Source: Pseudomonadota bacterium (lineage in GTDB: Bacteria; Pseudomonadota; Gammaproteobacteria; Pseudomonadales; JAUIET01). From it: DNA of 64,000 bases. Where the stretch lies: positions 6,593 to 70,592 of the forward strand of contig JBCCIP010000020.1 of assembly GCA_039111475.1 (NCBI GenBank), read 5' to 3'. The notes under the pieces are model-generated. The model made no database searches and was not told the origin of the DNA. It worked only from the letters and a program-made list of their open reading frames with translations. How positions within the stretch are numbered: position 1 is the first letter of the stretch; the number at the start of each line of letters is the position of its first letter. The position numbers were made by a program, and so were the translations under genes. Below, one piece after another: positions 54,801 through 58,953 of the stretch.

Positions 54801-56356
54801 CGGTCCACGTTGATCTCGGCAAAATCCTGAATCAGCAGAGACAGATCGGCGTCGATCTCCACGCTGAGATCGGAATAATCCACCGTGTCGCTGCCGGAAC
54901 CACCCACCAGCGTATCATCACCTTCACCGCCTTGCAGTAAATCGTCGCCTTCAGCTCCATCGAGAAAGTCGTCCCCACGATTACCACGAATTACATCGTT
55001 GCCGGCACCGGCATTAACCACATCATCAGCAACCGACCCATCTATGGCGTCATTACCGGACCCGGTAAATACCCGGTTAGCGTTAGGGTTATTGGCTAAT
55101 ACCCAAACCTCATCACCACTCTGGTTGATGAAATTCAGGTCCTGTGGACCAAATACATTACGCACAGAAAACAGCTGATCATCTTGAGAGATTAACGCCG
55201 TTTCGGGTGGTGGCGTCAGCGGCACACCATCCGCGTCGGTGGTTTCTTCATTGAACTTTGAAGTCACCTTAAACTGCACAGTGAACTCGTCATCTGACGG
55301 AACCGGGTAGCTCAGATTCAGCTTTACCGCGCCCCGATCATCGGTTTCAAACTCCTCAATGGTCCACGTATTGCCGCTGAGCGTGCCTCCCTCTATCACA
55401 AAATCGTCGGGCAGGCCTGTTAATTCAATCTTGTCGATTTCGAAACCCACTGGGAATTTAGGTGAGATCTCAATCACCCTGGACATCAGGGTGTTGCCAA
55501 AGAAATCACTGTGATCGGCTTCTACAACAAGGTCTTCGGTGGCAGTGGAATAGTTCAGTACCTCAGTCGAAAACTGCGATTCGTTCGATGGGTCGAACGC
55601 CGAAGCTTCCGAGCCGCCGCCACCTTGTATCAGGCGGACTTCCTCGCTGCCAATCGTGGTGGTCGTTTCGGAACTCGCCAGTTGCAGCAGGTTCAAGTCA
55701 AATAGCGCAATGTCCTCAGGTTCAGGTGGCGCTTCGCTGGTGGAGAAGCTGATGGCACTACTCGAATCCTGCGCAACGGCCTTGGCTTCTTCTACAAACG
55801 TGCCTTCATCGTCGATCGAACGACGCGTTTGATCGCCTTCATCCTCGTATTCAAATGTATTCTCTGACTGGCTTTGCGATTGCTCTTGCTGAGCTTGAAC
55901 CGCTTGTTGCAACACAACAAGTACTTCTTGCTGCTGCTGGGCTTCCGCTTCGGCCTCGGCAGCTGCTTCCGCTTTGGCTTCTGAATCCGATTCGGCCTTT
56001 TCCAGAGATTCAAAAGTCTCGCGCATAATGCTCGAGATAGCGATGAAGTCTTGCACACTTAAATTACCCACCTCGCCAATCTTGGAAAGTAGGATATGCG
56101 TTTCAATTAACTCGTCATCAAAATAGATCTCTGGCGATTCGTCTTCTTCAAATAACAGCAACGCCAAACTATTGAAAACGACCTTGGCATTGTTGGTTTC
56201 ATTAGTAACGATAATGTCAGAATCAACAATATCAATCTTGGCGTTATCAATAGACACGTCACTGATATTGATTTTTGCCTTAGGCTCAACAGCAACGGAA
56301 TCTGTGCTGTCGGATTGGGCAAGACTGACATGGATACTAGCTACTTTCTGAACCAT
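33854..56356 (-). CDS. Giant (7500 aa) RTX Ca2+-binding repeat surface protein/adhesin, T1SS substrate
   Basis: Uninterrupted 22.5-kb ORF; hundreds of GGxGxDxL nonapeptides in ~80-aa blocks (DYS...VDL...DTL..IENVIG); no Sec signal; non-repetitive C-terminus; adjacent T1SS genes. Confidence 0.95.
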   Translation of the reverse strand: MVQKVASIHVSLAQSDSTDSVAVEPKAKINISDVSIDNAKIDIVDSDIIVTNETNNAKVVFNSLALLLFEEDESPEIYFDDELIETHILLSKIGEVGNLSVQDFIAISSIMRETFESLEKAESDSEAKAEAAAEAEAEAQQQQEVLVVLQQAVQAQQEQSQSQSENTFEYEDEGDQTRRSIDDEGTFVEEAKAVAQDSSSAISFSTSEAPPEPEDIALFDLNLLQLASSETTTTIGSEEVRLIQGGGGSEASAFDPSNESQFSTEVLNYSTATEDLVVEADHSDFFGNTLMSRVIEISPKFPVGFEIDKIELTGLPDDFVIEGGTLSGNTWTIEEFETDDRGAVKLNLSYPVPSDDEFTVQFKVTSKFNEETTDADGVPLTPPPETALISQDDQLFSVRNVFGPQDLNFINQSGDEVWVLANNPNANRVFTGSGNDAIDGSVADDVVNAGAGNDVIRGNRGDDFLDGAEGDDLLQGGEGDDTLVGGSGSDTVDYSDLSVEIDADLSLLIQDFAEINVDRNGPEFQVDRVREIENIRAGTADDRLIGNNADNTLDGGAGNDLLAGRGGNDLLIGGSGTDTADYSGETKAIDADLTLVEDNVTIDESNIDTLQGVENIVGTDFDDRIHGSDDDNAIFGGDGNDRLSGGRGNDELDGGDGERDVIDFSRAAQAVSIDLSEVADNQGFTTAVMGSEVDRLRNIEDVSGSEFGDTITGNDNDQILFGAGGDDTVSGGGGIDTLDGGDGDDAVNGDAGDDLILASEGSDTVDGGDDSDTIDYSVLESANSISTTLAGAQDASVIVDGSANDALRNVENIIGTDGDDSITGDESDNRFEGGAGDDVLAGRGGDDILVGGEGRDSADYSQAASAVDLDLSTGVVNNDGDGGSDILEGIEDLTGSAFDDRIAGDENANVLTGGDGDDFLSGRAGNDTLIGGAGSDTADYGLAANSVDIDLSVGNSADGDGGLDTFDSIENVTGSTFNDILRGDGNDNILRGIAGDDTLIGGAGDDLLEGGQGFDTLVASSGANTYDGGAAIDTLDYSQFAGATSIDVTLNGSFDVVAQVTGDQDDIVRNIENVIGTDGDDAISGDFLANQLSGGAGDDLIRGGAGSDALDGGSGNDELRFDDLVSLGITLDLINGTASYAVDSSIDSFINFESYAGTNQADVIISSAQADTIDGLLGDDLFVASAGSDLFIGGGGLDTVDYSTLIGINFINVVMNSAGDATVTVDGGDDDTMRLVENVIGSAGDDVIIGDNANNILEGAEGDDLLEGAGGDDTLRGGAGSDNLISGLGDDTFDGGTGVDTVDYSGAGTGVLIDMAQNAAINDGDGGSDVLNNIENVIGTANNDNITGDAQGNTLSGLGGDDVIRGGGGADNLDGGAGFDEVRFDDLTGAGITLDIGAGTAFFAGDATTDTLSGFEIYYATNQGDNLIGSAVADSVFALGGNDSFIASQGVDTLDGGDGLDTIDYSTLAGATSVSVTLNGENDVVVSVAGSDNDTVRNVENITGTAGADSIIGDAVSNTLIGGAGNDVISGGGGSDTLIGGGGTDDLRFDNLSGVGITLNLNGTSGTASYTGDNSTDAFSEFERYFTTNQDDLINSSSANDLVFALSGDDVFNTSAGNDEFDGGVGLDTADYSTLTGVTSISVTLDLGNAAVVTVTGGDDDTLRNIENVVGTSGNDTLVGDDADNELRGLSGNDVLEGGDGSDDLLGGLGDDTLRGNIGNDLLDGGTGLDTADYSSASSGISLDLSSEQASNDGDGGTDTLRGIENITGSSQSDNIRGDTGANVIRGEDGDDVIYGGAGSDQLFGGNETGADQLRFDDLTDAGVTLDLQNSQATYGFDGSVDTFSEFEEFFTTEQADAVSGSTGADVVSTLGGNDIVNASLGADNLDGGADSDTIDYSGLGGVNFIDVVLNGSSDATVVVDGGDNDTIRNFENVIGTVGDDRMTGDGGDNALTGSAGDDTFFASSGNDTLDGGADIDTADYSGLIGVNFINVALNGASGAVAVVNGGDNDVLINIENVVGTAGNDTLTGDAQANQLSGRGGDDILNGAGGNDTLLGEGGADTLLGSEGADVMDGGAGNDTLDYSGLVSATAIDVTLDGGNDATVTVAGSDNDTARNIENVTGTSGNDFIGGDGAINVLLGLGGNDVFGASSGTDTIDGGLGVDEIDYSTLATANFVNVTLNDAADAIVVINGDGNDTLRSIENVTGTTGDDTLIGDSQDNRLSGLAGDDVLAGRGGNDTLIGGADTDTVDYSAASGNVNVSLLNNTAVDDGDGGVDTLQTIENVIGSDNDDVIEGDGNANLLEGGLGEDLFLGSLGADTVDGGLGDNDAIDYSNNGAANSIDVTLNSSSDATVFITGADDQTVRNVEHVTGSQGNDRIEGDNRNNNLSGDAGDDFLSGRSGNDILTGGAGIDTADYSTAASSVTVNLGASQAAVDGDGGQDQLFEIENIRGSNFSDTITGNTSDNLLEGGIGNDLFNASGGADIVDGGANTDTLDYSGLASATAINVDLDGANTVLVQITGGSNNQVRNIENIIGTIGDDTIGGDGSLNVLEGNAGNDTFLASSNTDVLDGGLGDDTVDYSGLVTANFIDVTLNGTTDAVVVVNGDGNDTIRSIENVIGTDGDDTLIGDALDNTLSGGAGDDVLSGRGGNDTLIGGTDTDTVDYSSAATGVDVNLQGNIATDDGEGGADTLQEIENVVGSANDDIIQGDVNANVLEGRDGDDVFNASLGADIVDGGTGSGDRVDFSGFAASNSVDVTLNGGIDAIANVANADNQTLRGIEHVTGSQGDDTIVGDSNNNQISGDAGDDTLSGRAGNDIITGGAGTDTADYSLSAGAITVNLASNQASADGDGSSDQLFEIENIRGSNFDDIITGDGSDNLLEGRGGEDAFTASSGADVIDGGGNADTLDYSSLVGATAINIDLDGANTVTVSITGDDDDSVRNIENIIGTTGDDTIGGDSSINLLEGRAGDDTFLASDNTDTLDGGLGEDTADYSGLVSANFINVTLNSTSDAIVVVNGGGNDTIRNIENITGTTGNDTLVGDGLDNELRGAAGDDVLSGRGGNDLLDGGADNDTVDYSAATTAVDVSLASNIASDDGDGGVDTLQDIENVIGSANDDAIEGDIGANVLEGRDGDDNFGGTLGADLIDGGVGNGDGVDYSALAATNAINVTLAGSSDATVSVNNADNQTLRGIENVTGSQGDDVIFGDGNDNELGGSAGDDTLAGRAGNDILRGGSGSDTADYSGAAGNVTVSLASNQASADGDGASDQLFDIENIRGSNFDDTISGNSSANLLEGNAGDDLISASAGTDIMDGGANNDTLDYSSLAGATSINVDLDGTNTVTVTVTGGDNDQVRNIENVIGTDGDDTIGGDASINLLEGRSGDDTFLASAGTDTLDGGLGSDTADYSGLLSANFISVTLDTTSDAIVVVNGGDNDTIRNIENVTGTSGDDTLVGDGLDNELRGAAGNDELSGRGGNDLLDGGVGIDSVNYSAATTGVDVSLAANAAANDGDGGVDTLQEIENVIGSSNDDVIEGDANTNVLRGQEGDDQFIATLGADIVDGGLGTSDEVNFSAFAAGNAIDVTLAGNLDATVNVNNADNQTIRGIEDVTGSQGDDRIVGDGNDNELSGDAGDDVLSGRAGADILTGGAGVDTADYSAAASNVNVSLASNQATSDGDGSSDQLFGVENVHGSAFNDTLAGDGSDNELLGNAGNDILTASAGSDVLDGGTNTDTLDYSSLSGVTGISVDLDDGNDVTVTVTGGDDDIARNIENVIGTDGNDVIGGDNAVNILQGQDGDDQFIASSNTDTIDGGVGTDSIDYSSLTTANFVNVTLAGAANSTAVVNGDGNDTLRNIENVTGTSGNDTLTGDALDNVLRGLAGDDLLAGRGGNDTLDGGTDIDTVDYSGAVSGVNVNLAGNTASNDGDGGVDTLLGFENVLGSANDDTIQGDGAVNVLQGGQGDDSFIATLGADDVQGGLGTDDSIDYSGFAAGNFINVTLNGSTSTTVSINGTDNQTISGVENITGSQGDDRIEGDGNDNAISGDDGVDVLSGRAGNDILTGGNGIDTADYSNASSTVVVDLSSNQASVDGDGGSDQLFEIENLTGSDFADTLTGDGNDNIIEGGNAADTLRGRGGNDTLDGGIGQDIADYSQAGAGVTADLNSNSASDDGDGGVDTLVSIEHLTGSAFADDLGGDANANTLLGGDSNDVLRGRGGSDTLDGGTGTGDVADYTGAANAIVVNLSLNAAANDGDGDSDVLQNIENIWGSANNDRIEGDNNGNVLEGRAGDDILIGNGGSDTLDGGADFDTADYSAAGSAVTIDLSSGVVGDDGSGGVDTLISIEGLIGSGSDDTLIGDEFDNRLDGGGGNDTIRGMEGDDEIIGGIGNDTVSYANSDNAVDVDLQNNIANDDGFGDTDTLSSIENVIGSDNDDFIVGSVGDNQLDGAAGDDVLRGGAGDDTIIGGAGNNTADYITAGSGVTVDLTNNLTSNDGDGGTDTLSQIQNVIGSIFDDTLTGDGDDNVLEGRNRDDVLRGRGGDDTLDGGTGTDTADYSLAAAGVTADIGANSASDDGDGGSDTFVSIENISGSSGVDDLSGDGAANTLFGDDGNDILRGRGGADTIDGGNNVDTVDYSGAASGINVDLQNNVAANDGDGASDTLNNIENVIGSVQSDIIVGSTAANVLSGGLLNDTLSGLAGADTLDGGGGIDTADYSQAAAGITVDLAANQASNDGDGSVDTLTSIENIIGSDFSDDISGDGNVNLLQGGDDDDFFRGSTNDDIIEGGFGSDTADYSGMAGSPSIDVTLRGGVDATVVVSGGNGTDTLRSVENIIATAGDDTLRGDGNDNTLSGGDGDDVIWGGGGSDTLDGGGHNTGDQLRFDDLTGVGIDLNLTNNTAFYSADSSTDNFINFEEFYLTNQGDTIIGSTGIDVVFSLGGDDSFQASAGSDDFDGGTDSDTIDYSTLGGVNFINVTLDGANAATVTVNGGDDDTIRNIENVIGTSGVDTITGDGESNTIQGQGGDDIISGGAGNDFLEGNAGNDLFFGSAGQNTFDGGNDTDTIDYSLQAGIASVAVQLNGSGSSAVIVAGGDNDLALNIENVIGTDGDDTLIGDGSDNEFQGGAGDDLLSGRSGADLLIGGADNDTVDYSGEVGINFIDLTLNGGSDVTVTVDGGANDTIREIENVIGTAGADIIRGDSLVNVLEGDDGNDTLVGGAGADVLDGGDDIDTVDYSQEVGINFIDVQLNGGSDATVIIDGADNDTIRAIENVIGTAGNDTISGDSQANNIDGQGGDDVIRGGGSNDTLDGGTGTNTLSYTDSGLGITTDMNVLSGGFFSVTVGSDTDLAANFRDVIGSAGADNITGDTQDNVIEGRVGTDILDGGAGNDTLRGGSEADTLIGGAGNDILDGGDTGDTLDGGIGDDTYLGGDGWDQLIASDGADTIDGGSATDTLDYSSQSSANFINVTLNGGTDATVTVDGDQDDTVRNVERIRGTAGNDTIFGDGANNYFWGGAGDDTMSGGSNADNRLWGEAGDDLFLGSAGTNRFDGGADTDTVDYSAQAGINFINVALDGSGSASVTVDGANNDIVLNIENVIATAGNDTVHGDDSANVITTLGGDDELSGGAGVDILDGGDDTDTANYEEAAAGIVVDLSADAATDDGDGASDTLTSIENIIGSDFDDIITGGVEANDLDGGDGSDYFFSSAGVDVIEGDNGSDTLDYSLQAGVTSISVNLNSGIQTTVTVNGSDNDLVRNIENIVGTAGNDVIRGDGNANSFTAGAGDDILRGEGGDDVFDGGAGINTLEYNDRVDRVVTDMSALTGGAFTVNVGGSETDTASNIRDIIGSQGNDDITGDAQDNTLRGDLGSDTLRGGDGNDLLQGESGNDVLEGGAGDDTLEGGSSNWDTLRGGAGVDTMDGGSGTRDAVDYRFESGINFIDIDLNGGSVSTVAVDGGDNDTIVNIERVFATEGNDIIRGHSQQNFFYGQGGDDTFFAAGGDDEIYGGGGNDTLDYSDLSSGLSVDMTAVAGGLFTLDIGGGAEGDRADSIEILRTTTGADTVQTDANVILLETLGGNDVVDLNSNDATVNAGDGADDVDLFGTDAIVDAGSGNDIVRAYGGGADVTLGTENDTLWAYSSGNTGTGDDGNDFLGNWGVYNNTFEGNAGADTFESRGGGSVFDGGADTDTIRYNNTGAGITVNLNESGDTTIVVNGQTNDTIRNIENVQGSDGADSIEGNSLANVLNGGTGNDTIIAGTGLDTYIGSSGTDTLDYSGFTAGNFIDVTLNGGSNVTVTVNGGDNHTANSFENIIGSQGNDTIGGDTASNNLQGGAGDDLILGSTSNDTLDGGSGTGDVLDYQNITGNGIDINLGAGFVTQFFGFTDFFSNFEQYLLTDFDDIVRGSSDADVVESLDGDDVFEASAGNDVLDAGLGGDTIDYSNLGGITGISATLNGANAIIVSVSGGDNDSIRNFENITGSGSDDSLTGDSLANILDGHSGNDVIDGGAGDDILFGGDDDDLFIAGAGTDTIEGGSDSDTVDYSGLVGANFINVTLNGAASTTVTVDGGDNDTLSDVENIVGTNGADTITGDANDNTLSGLGSADIIVGGGGADTIDGGAGGDNVSGGSGADVFFGGSGADTIDGGADNDTLDYSLHPSAGAISVTLNGTSVSTVTISGDSNDSIQSIENVIGTNGDDTIHGDGTNNTLIGGQGNDTLSGRVGNDVLDGGEDTDTIDYSTAAGGVTVNLGSGVVSDDGDGGSDTLLSIENFIGSASADIVSGSGASNVINTGSGADSITASAGADNYDGGADADSLDYSGLAGVSSISVSLNGSSSVFVSVNGGTDDTVRNIESITGTSGDDTLDGDAQQNTLLGGDGADTISGGSGADTLDGGNNLDTLDYSAAVGGVDVNLDTNTVLDDGFGFSDTISNFEFLSGSNFADTLTGNTGGNILIGNDGIDTIDGLAGNDLISGGVGNDIIDGGADTDTITYAGAAFGVTVNLSSNSASNDGDGGSDTLNNIENVTGSANNDNITGDSNNNTIDGGNGNDTLAGRGGLDTLNGGAGTNTVTYVNAAGSVTADLLAGGASNDGDLSTDTFSNIQNLTGSANADTLSGDNNANTINGGLGNDVLAGRGGVDDLQGGGGDDTISYSGAASGVTVNMVSGVTTNDGDGASDTFSDIDHVTGSNGNDNITGDAGGNQLVGGNGQDTLIGNGGNDTLNGGANADTIMGGVGNDVIDGGGDNDLVDYSLAANGIVVDLSAALASNRALNDGDGGQDTLSNIENVFGSDNNDDITGDSNNNIIDGGQGDDTINFSGGLDILDGGLNNDTLDYSSAGAITGGVLSAGAVDGVGGTLNVGTNSAIVDNFENFALSANNDTLTFDMDAIGSLNSVDANGGAADRMIITDSLAGDDLTDAGIDGVDLASLFTDVEELDFSGTGVNGGDTFDIGNSEISSITGSGNSLTIDIDSGTMNLTDFNALDQSGATVSGDSTVGNTRTIDWDNGVQLVINMT
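43916..50111 (-). repeat. Five tandem 1239-bp (413-aa, 5-module) higher-order repeats inside the giant gene
   Basis: DQLF(E/D/G)(I/V)EN codons recur at about 44058, 45297, 46536, 47775 and 49014. Antisense ORF ends recur at 44903, 46142, 47381, 48620 and 49859. All are spaced 1239 bp. Confidence 0.9.
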
Positions 56357-56487
56357 CTTTGCTTTTGCTCTCTTTCTTAGGTCTCAGGCGCAATCGTCCC
56401 GGCAAAAAACTTACCCGGACGTACTCACTAAGCGTAGAAAAGCCACCTTGAATGGCTAGTTAGCAGTCAATGTGTTAAATGGTTTAT

Positions 56488-56519
56488 GTCAGGTATCTGA
56501 CAAGCGTCACAGAATTGAC
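56488..56519. promoter_or_regulatory. Tandem GTCA-N6-TGAC boxes (FleQ-like sites) upstream of the giant gene
   Basis: GTCAGGTATCTGAC (56488-56501) and GTCACAGAATTGAC (56506-56519); extra half-site GTCAAT at 56466. Confidence 0.6.
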
Positions 56520-56601
56520 AAGATGCTGTTTAGTTATTAAGCAAAGCGTAGTTTGTTTTTTGCTCAGCTTGAGCTAGCGAACCGGCACGGAATACAGGGC
56601 G

Positions 56602-58740
56602 CTAAGAAACCTCTGAATAAGCATGCAATTCCATGGACGCGCGAGCGACCCCCGCCGCCTTCAGCATCCCATAGAAGCTATCAAGAAAGTGAGAGATAGA
56701 GTAATTCGCCAGCATGTAATTCTGCGCAGACTGAACAGTTTTCATTCGCGTCGTTTCACTATCCAGTATCGCTAACAAACTCGCACACCAATCATCTGGG
56801 GTCGCGACCAATGTGCCACGATCTGTGCCAATCACTCCTCGATAAACTGAATGATTACTAGCCACTACGCTGGCACCTACTGCGCTGTACTCCAGCCACT
56901 TGGTGCTTGACTTATAATCGTTGAATCGTATGTTGCTCAATGGGCACAAACCAACAGACCAACGCCTGCTGGCCAGAATGGAAAGAAATTGATCATATTT
57001 CCAGTCGGGCGGAATAAGCCTTACCCGATCGCCAAACCTGTCCAACTGCGGTGGCTTAGGAATCGTACCCAGTAGCTCAAACTCAGCGTCGGGGCGATGC
57101 TCGAGTACACTCACAATTCCATCAAGTGCCACAGCTAAGTCTCGCTCATGCCCAAAGCCCATGTAACCAAAGCGCATGGGACGCGATTGATCATAGCTTT
57201 GAATAACCTGGCCCGGGCACAGTCTTTGTGCCGTATAAACAGGGGTGCTGAAACCCAGAATTTTTAGGCTGTCACTTAACGACGCGGTCGCGGAATAAAT
57301 TAAATCTGCCTTGCGCAGCTGATAGAGCAAGCGTTGCTGGCGCACAGGATCAGAATAGTATTTATGTTTTTCCTGCCCAATATCAACGGGCACGTCCAAT
57401 AAATTGTCATCGAGACAGCAGACCACCCGAGCACCGAGCTCATGTGCTCGATTGAGAATACCCTGTGCATACATTCCAGTGTAGCGACAGAAAATAACCA
57501 CATCCGGCTGCAACCGTGTCAACACTCTGTCTGCGTAGGTTCTAAACACCAGTTTACCCGCACCCCTGACCCTACCCACAGCACCAATGTCTGTCTCAGT
57601 CAGTACCTCGCATTCAATCTCACCGGTATCAACCTTGTCGCGCAATGGATGAGTAAACGCCAGCTGCAAGGTAGGCATAGTTGGAGAGTTAGCGACCAAC
57701 AACATTTTCAATGGCGATCGTTTTGCAGTATGGGTTGCTGCGCGCTGGGTGGCACGGTATTCGTTGGTGGCTATCTGTTTCAGAGGCATATATGCATTCT
57801 GCATGAAACGCTCAAATGCGCCATGGTCAGCGTTTGCTGCAATTGATGCTTGATAACTGCGCTGCAAACGCTCTCGTTTTCGATTAGCCAGAATCACCCG
57901 TTTATGCGGGACGTAACCAGCTTGTCGATCAATGGCCTGGTATTTTTTTCGGTCCAGCTCTGACAATGGGTCAAATTGAGGGCCTGACATTTCATCCAGC
58001 TGTTGCAGCAACGAGGGCCTCGCGTATTCCAGCTGAATTTCCCTCTCGATACTCTCCCGGCTTATTGCGCCTTCACGCAGCATTTCATACAGCGTGGCGA
58101 GCCATAAATGGCCGTGCCGATTGGCTGCAGAAACCCAGGGCTGAATGTGCATATCCGTGTAATGCAGATTGCAGGTAGAACTGTCCCAATGCTCCAGACT
58201 GTTCCATTCTGGCGGCACGGCGTATCCCAGCTCGTGTTCCTTGAGAATGCACAGTTCACTCATTAGTTCCTGATAAGTGTATTGGCCATCAAGCCCAGCA
58301 ATAATTGTCTCGGCATTCCAGTTCAGACGTCCGCAATCAAGTACGCTAACCGCTGTTTGTTTAGGCCGTGATTTCATTCCAAACAACGCCTTAGCACCGC
58401 CCTGCGCAACAACATCACTTTGAATTAACATCTTGTGTCCATTCATTGGAATGTCCCACAGGTCGCCAATATCGGAAAATACCAGCATGTCAGCGTCCAT
58501 ATAGATCGCCTTGCCTTGATGACCGTTGAGTTCTGGAATCGCGAATCGACTGAAGGAAAAACCAGTGCGCGCGAGCTGACGTTTATCTTTGGGCTCAGGC
58601 AACTCCACATGTTCAAGACTGTGAACATCGAATCGGCGTCGAGTGTGTTTTGCAATACTGTATTCCAGTACTTGCAAACCGATTCGCTGAGAGCGGTCAG
58701 TGCCTACGTAGACTTGAATCGTTGCTGTGTTCTGCCTCAT
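56602..58740 (-). CDS. Two-domain glycosyltransferase (GT8-like GT-A domain + GT4-like GT-B domain)
   Basis: N-terminal TGFSFSRF, YMDADM (DxD), PEWNSLE, LHYTDM..QPW; C-terminal LDDNL, FGYMG, FNDYKSSTKWLEYSAVG. Confidence 0.82.
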   Translation of the reverse strand: MRQNTATIQVYVGTDRSQRIGLQVLEYSIAKHTRRRFDVHSLEHVELPEPKDKRQLARTGFSFSRFAIPELNGHQGKAIYMDADMLVFSDIGDLWDIPMNGHKMLIQSDVVAQGGAKALFGMKSRPKQTAVSVLDCGRLNWNAETIIAGLDGQYTYQELMSELCILKEHELGYAVPPEWNSLEHWDSSTCNLHYTDMHIQPWVSAANRHGHLWLATLYEMLREGAISRESIEREIQLEYARPSLLQQLDEMSGPQFDPLSELDRKKYQAIDRQAGYVPHKRVILANRKRERLQRSYQASIAANADHGAFERFMQNAYMPLKQIATNEYRATQRAATHTAKRSPLKMLLVANSPTMPTLQLAFTHPLRDKVDTGEIECEVLTETDIGAVGRVRGAGKLVFRTYADRVLTRLQPDVVIFCRYTGMYAQGILNRAHELGARVVCCLDDNLLDVPVDIGQEKHKYYSDPVRQQRLLYQLRKADLIYSATASLSDSLKILGFSTPVYTAQRLCPGQVIQSYDQSRPMRFGYMGFGHERDLAVALDGIVSVLEHRPDAEFELLGTIPKPPQLDRFGDRVRLIPPDWKYDQFLSILASRRWSVGLCPLSNIRFNDYKSSTKWLEYSAVGASVVASNHSVYRGVIGTDRGTLVATPDDWCASLLAILDSETTRMKTVQSAQNYMLANYSISHFLDSFYGMLKAAGVARASMELHAYSEVS

Positions 58741-58953
58741 CCGTGCCCGCTATAACCCACAGTAAAACAGCGCCATGCAAACCATATATGGGCGGGCAGC
58801 TGCATTAATGTAATGAGATTACGGCGTCCTTGCTGTATTTATGGTCTAATTTTATGTGCGCGACCCTCTCAGTGTAGCCCAATAATTTGCAAAGCTTCCA
58901 ACGGGTGGTATTAATTCTGTGCAAAGCCTGGTCAGAAACAGCAACTCCTACTC

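Noticed and set aside
33960-55752. Many regularly spaced 60-190 aa ORFs on the + strand and in alternative frames
   Set aside because: Shadow ORFs from the Gly/Asp codon repeats of the RTX gene (Pro/Ser-rich, ending at the antisense of the DYS motifs). Used only as a ruler for periodicity.
33854-56356. CRISPR array or DNA-level repeat element
   Set aside because: The repeats are degenerate, in frame and protein-coding; there are no identical direct repeats with unique spacers and no cas genes.
33854-56356. Pore-forming RTX/MARTX toxin or ice-binding adhesin
   Set aside because: No hydrophobic pore domain, effector or protease domain, acyltransferase (rtxC) gene, or regular TxT/TxN ice-binding ladder was recognised.
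56357-56601. RfaH ops/JUMPstart element, as found for SPI-4
   Set aside because: No GGCGGTAG on the coding strand in the leader.
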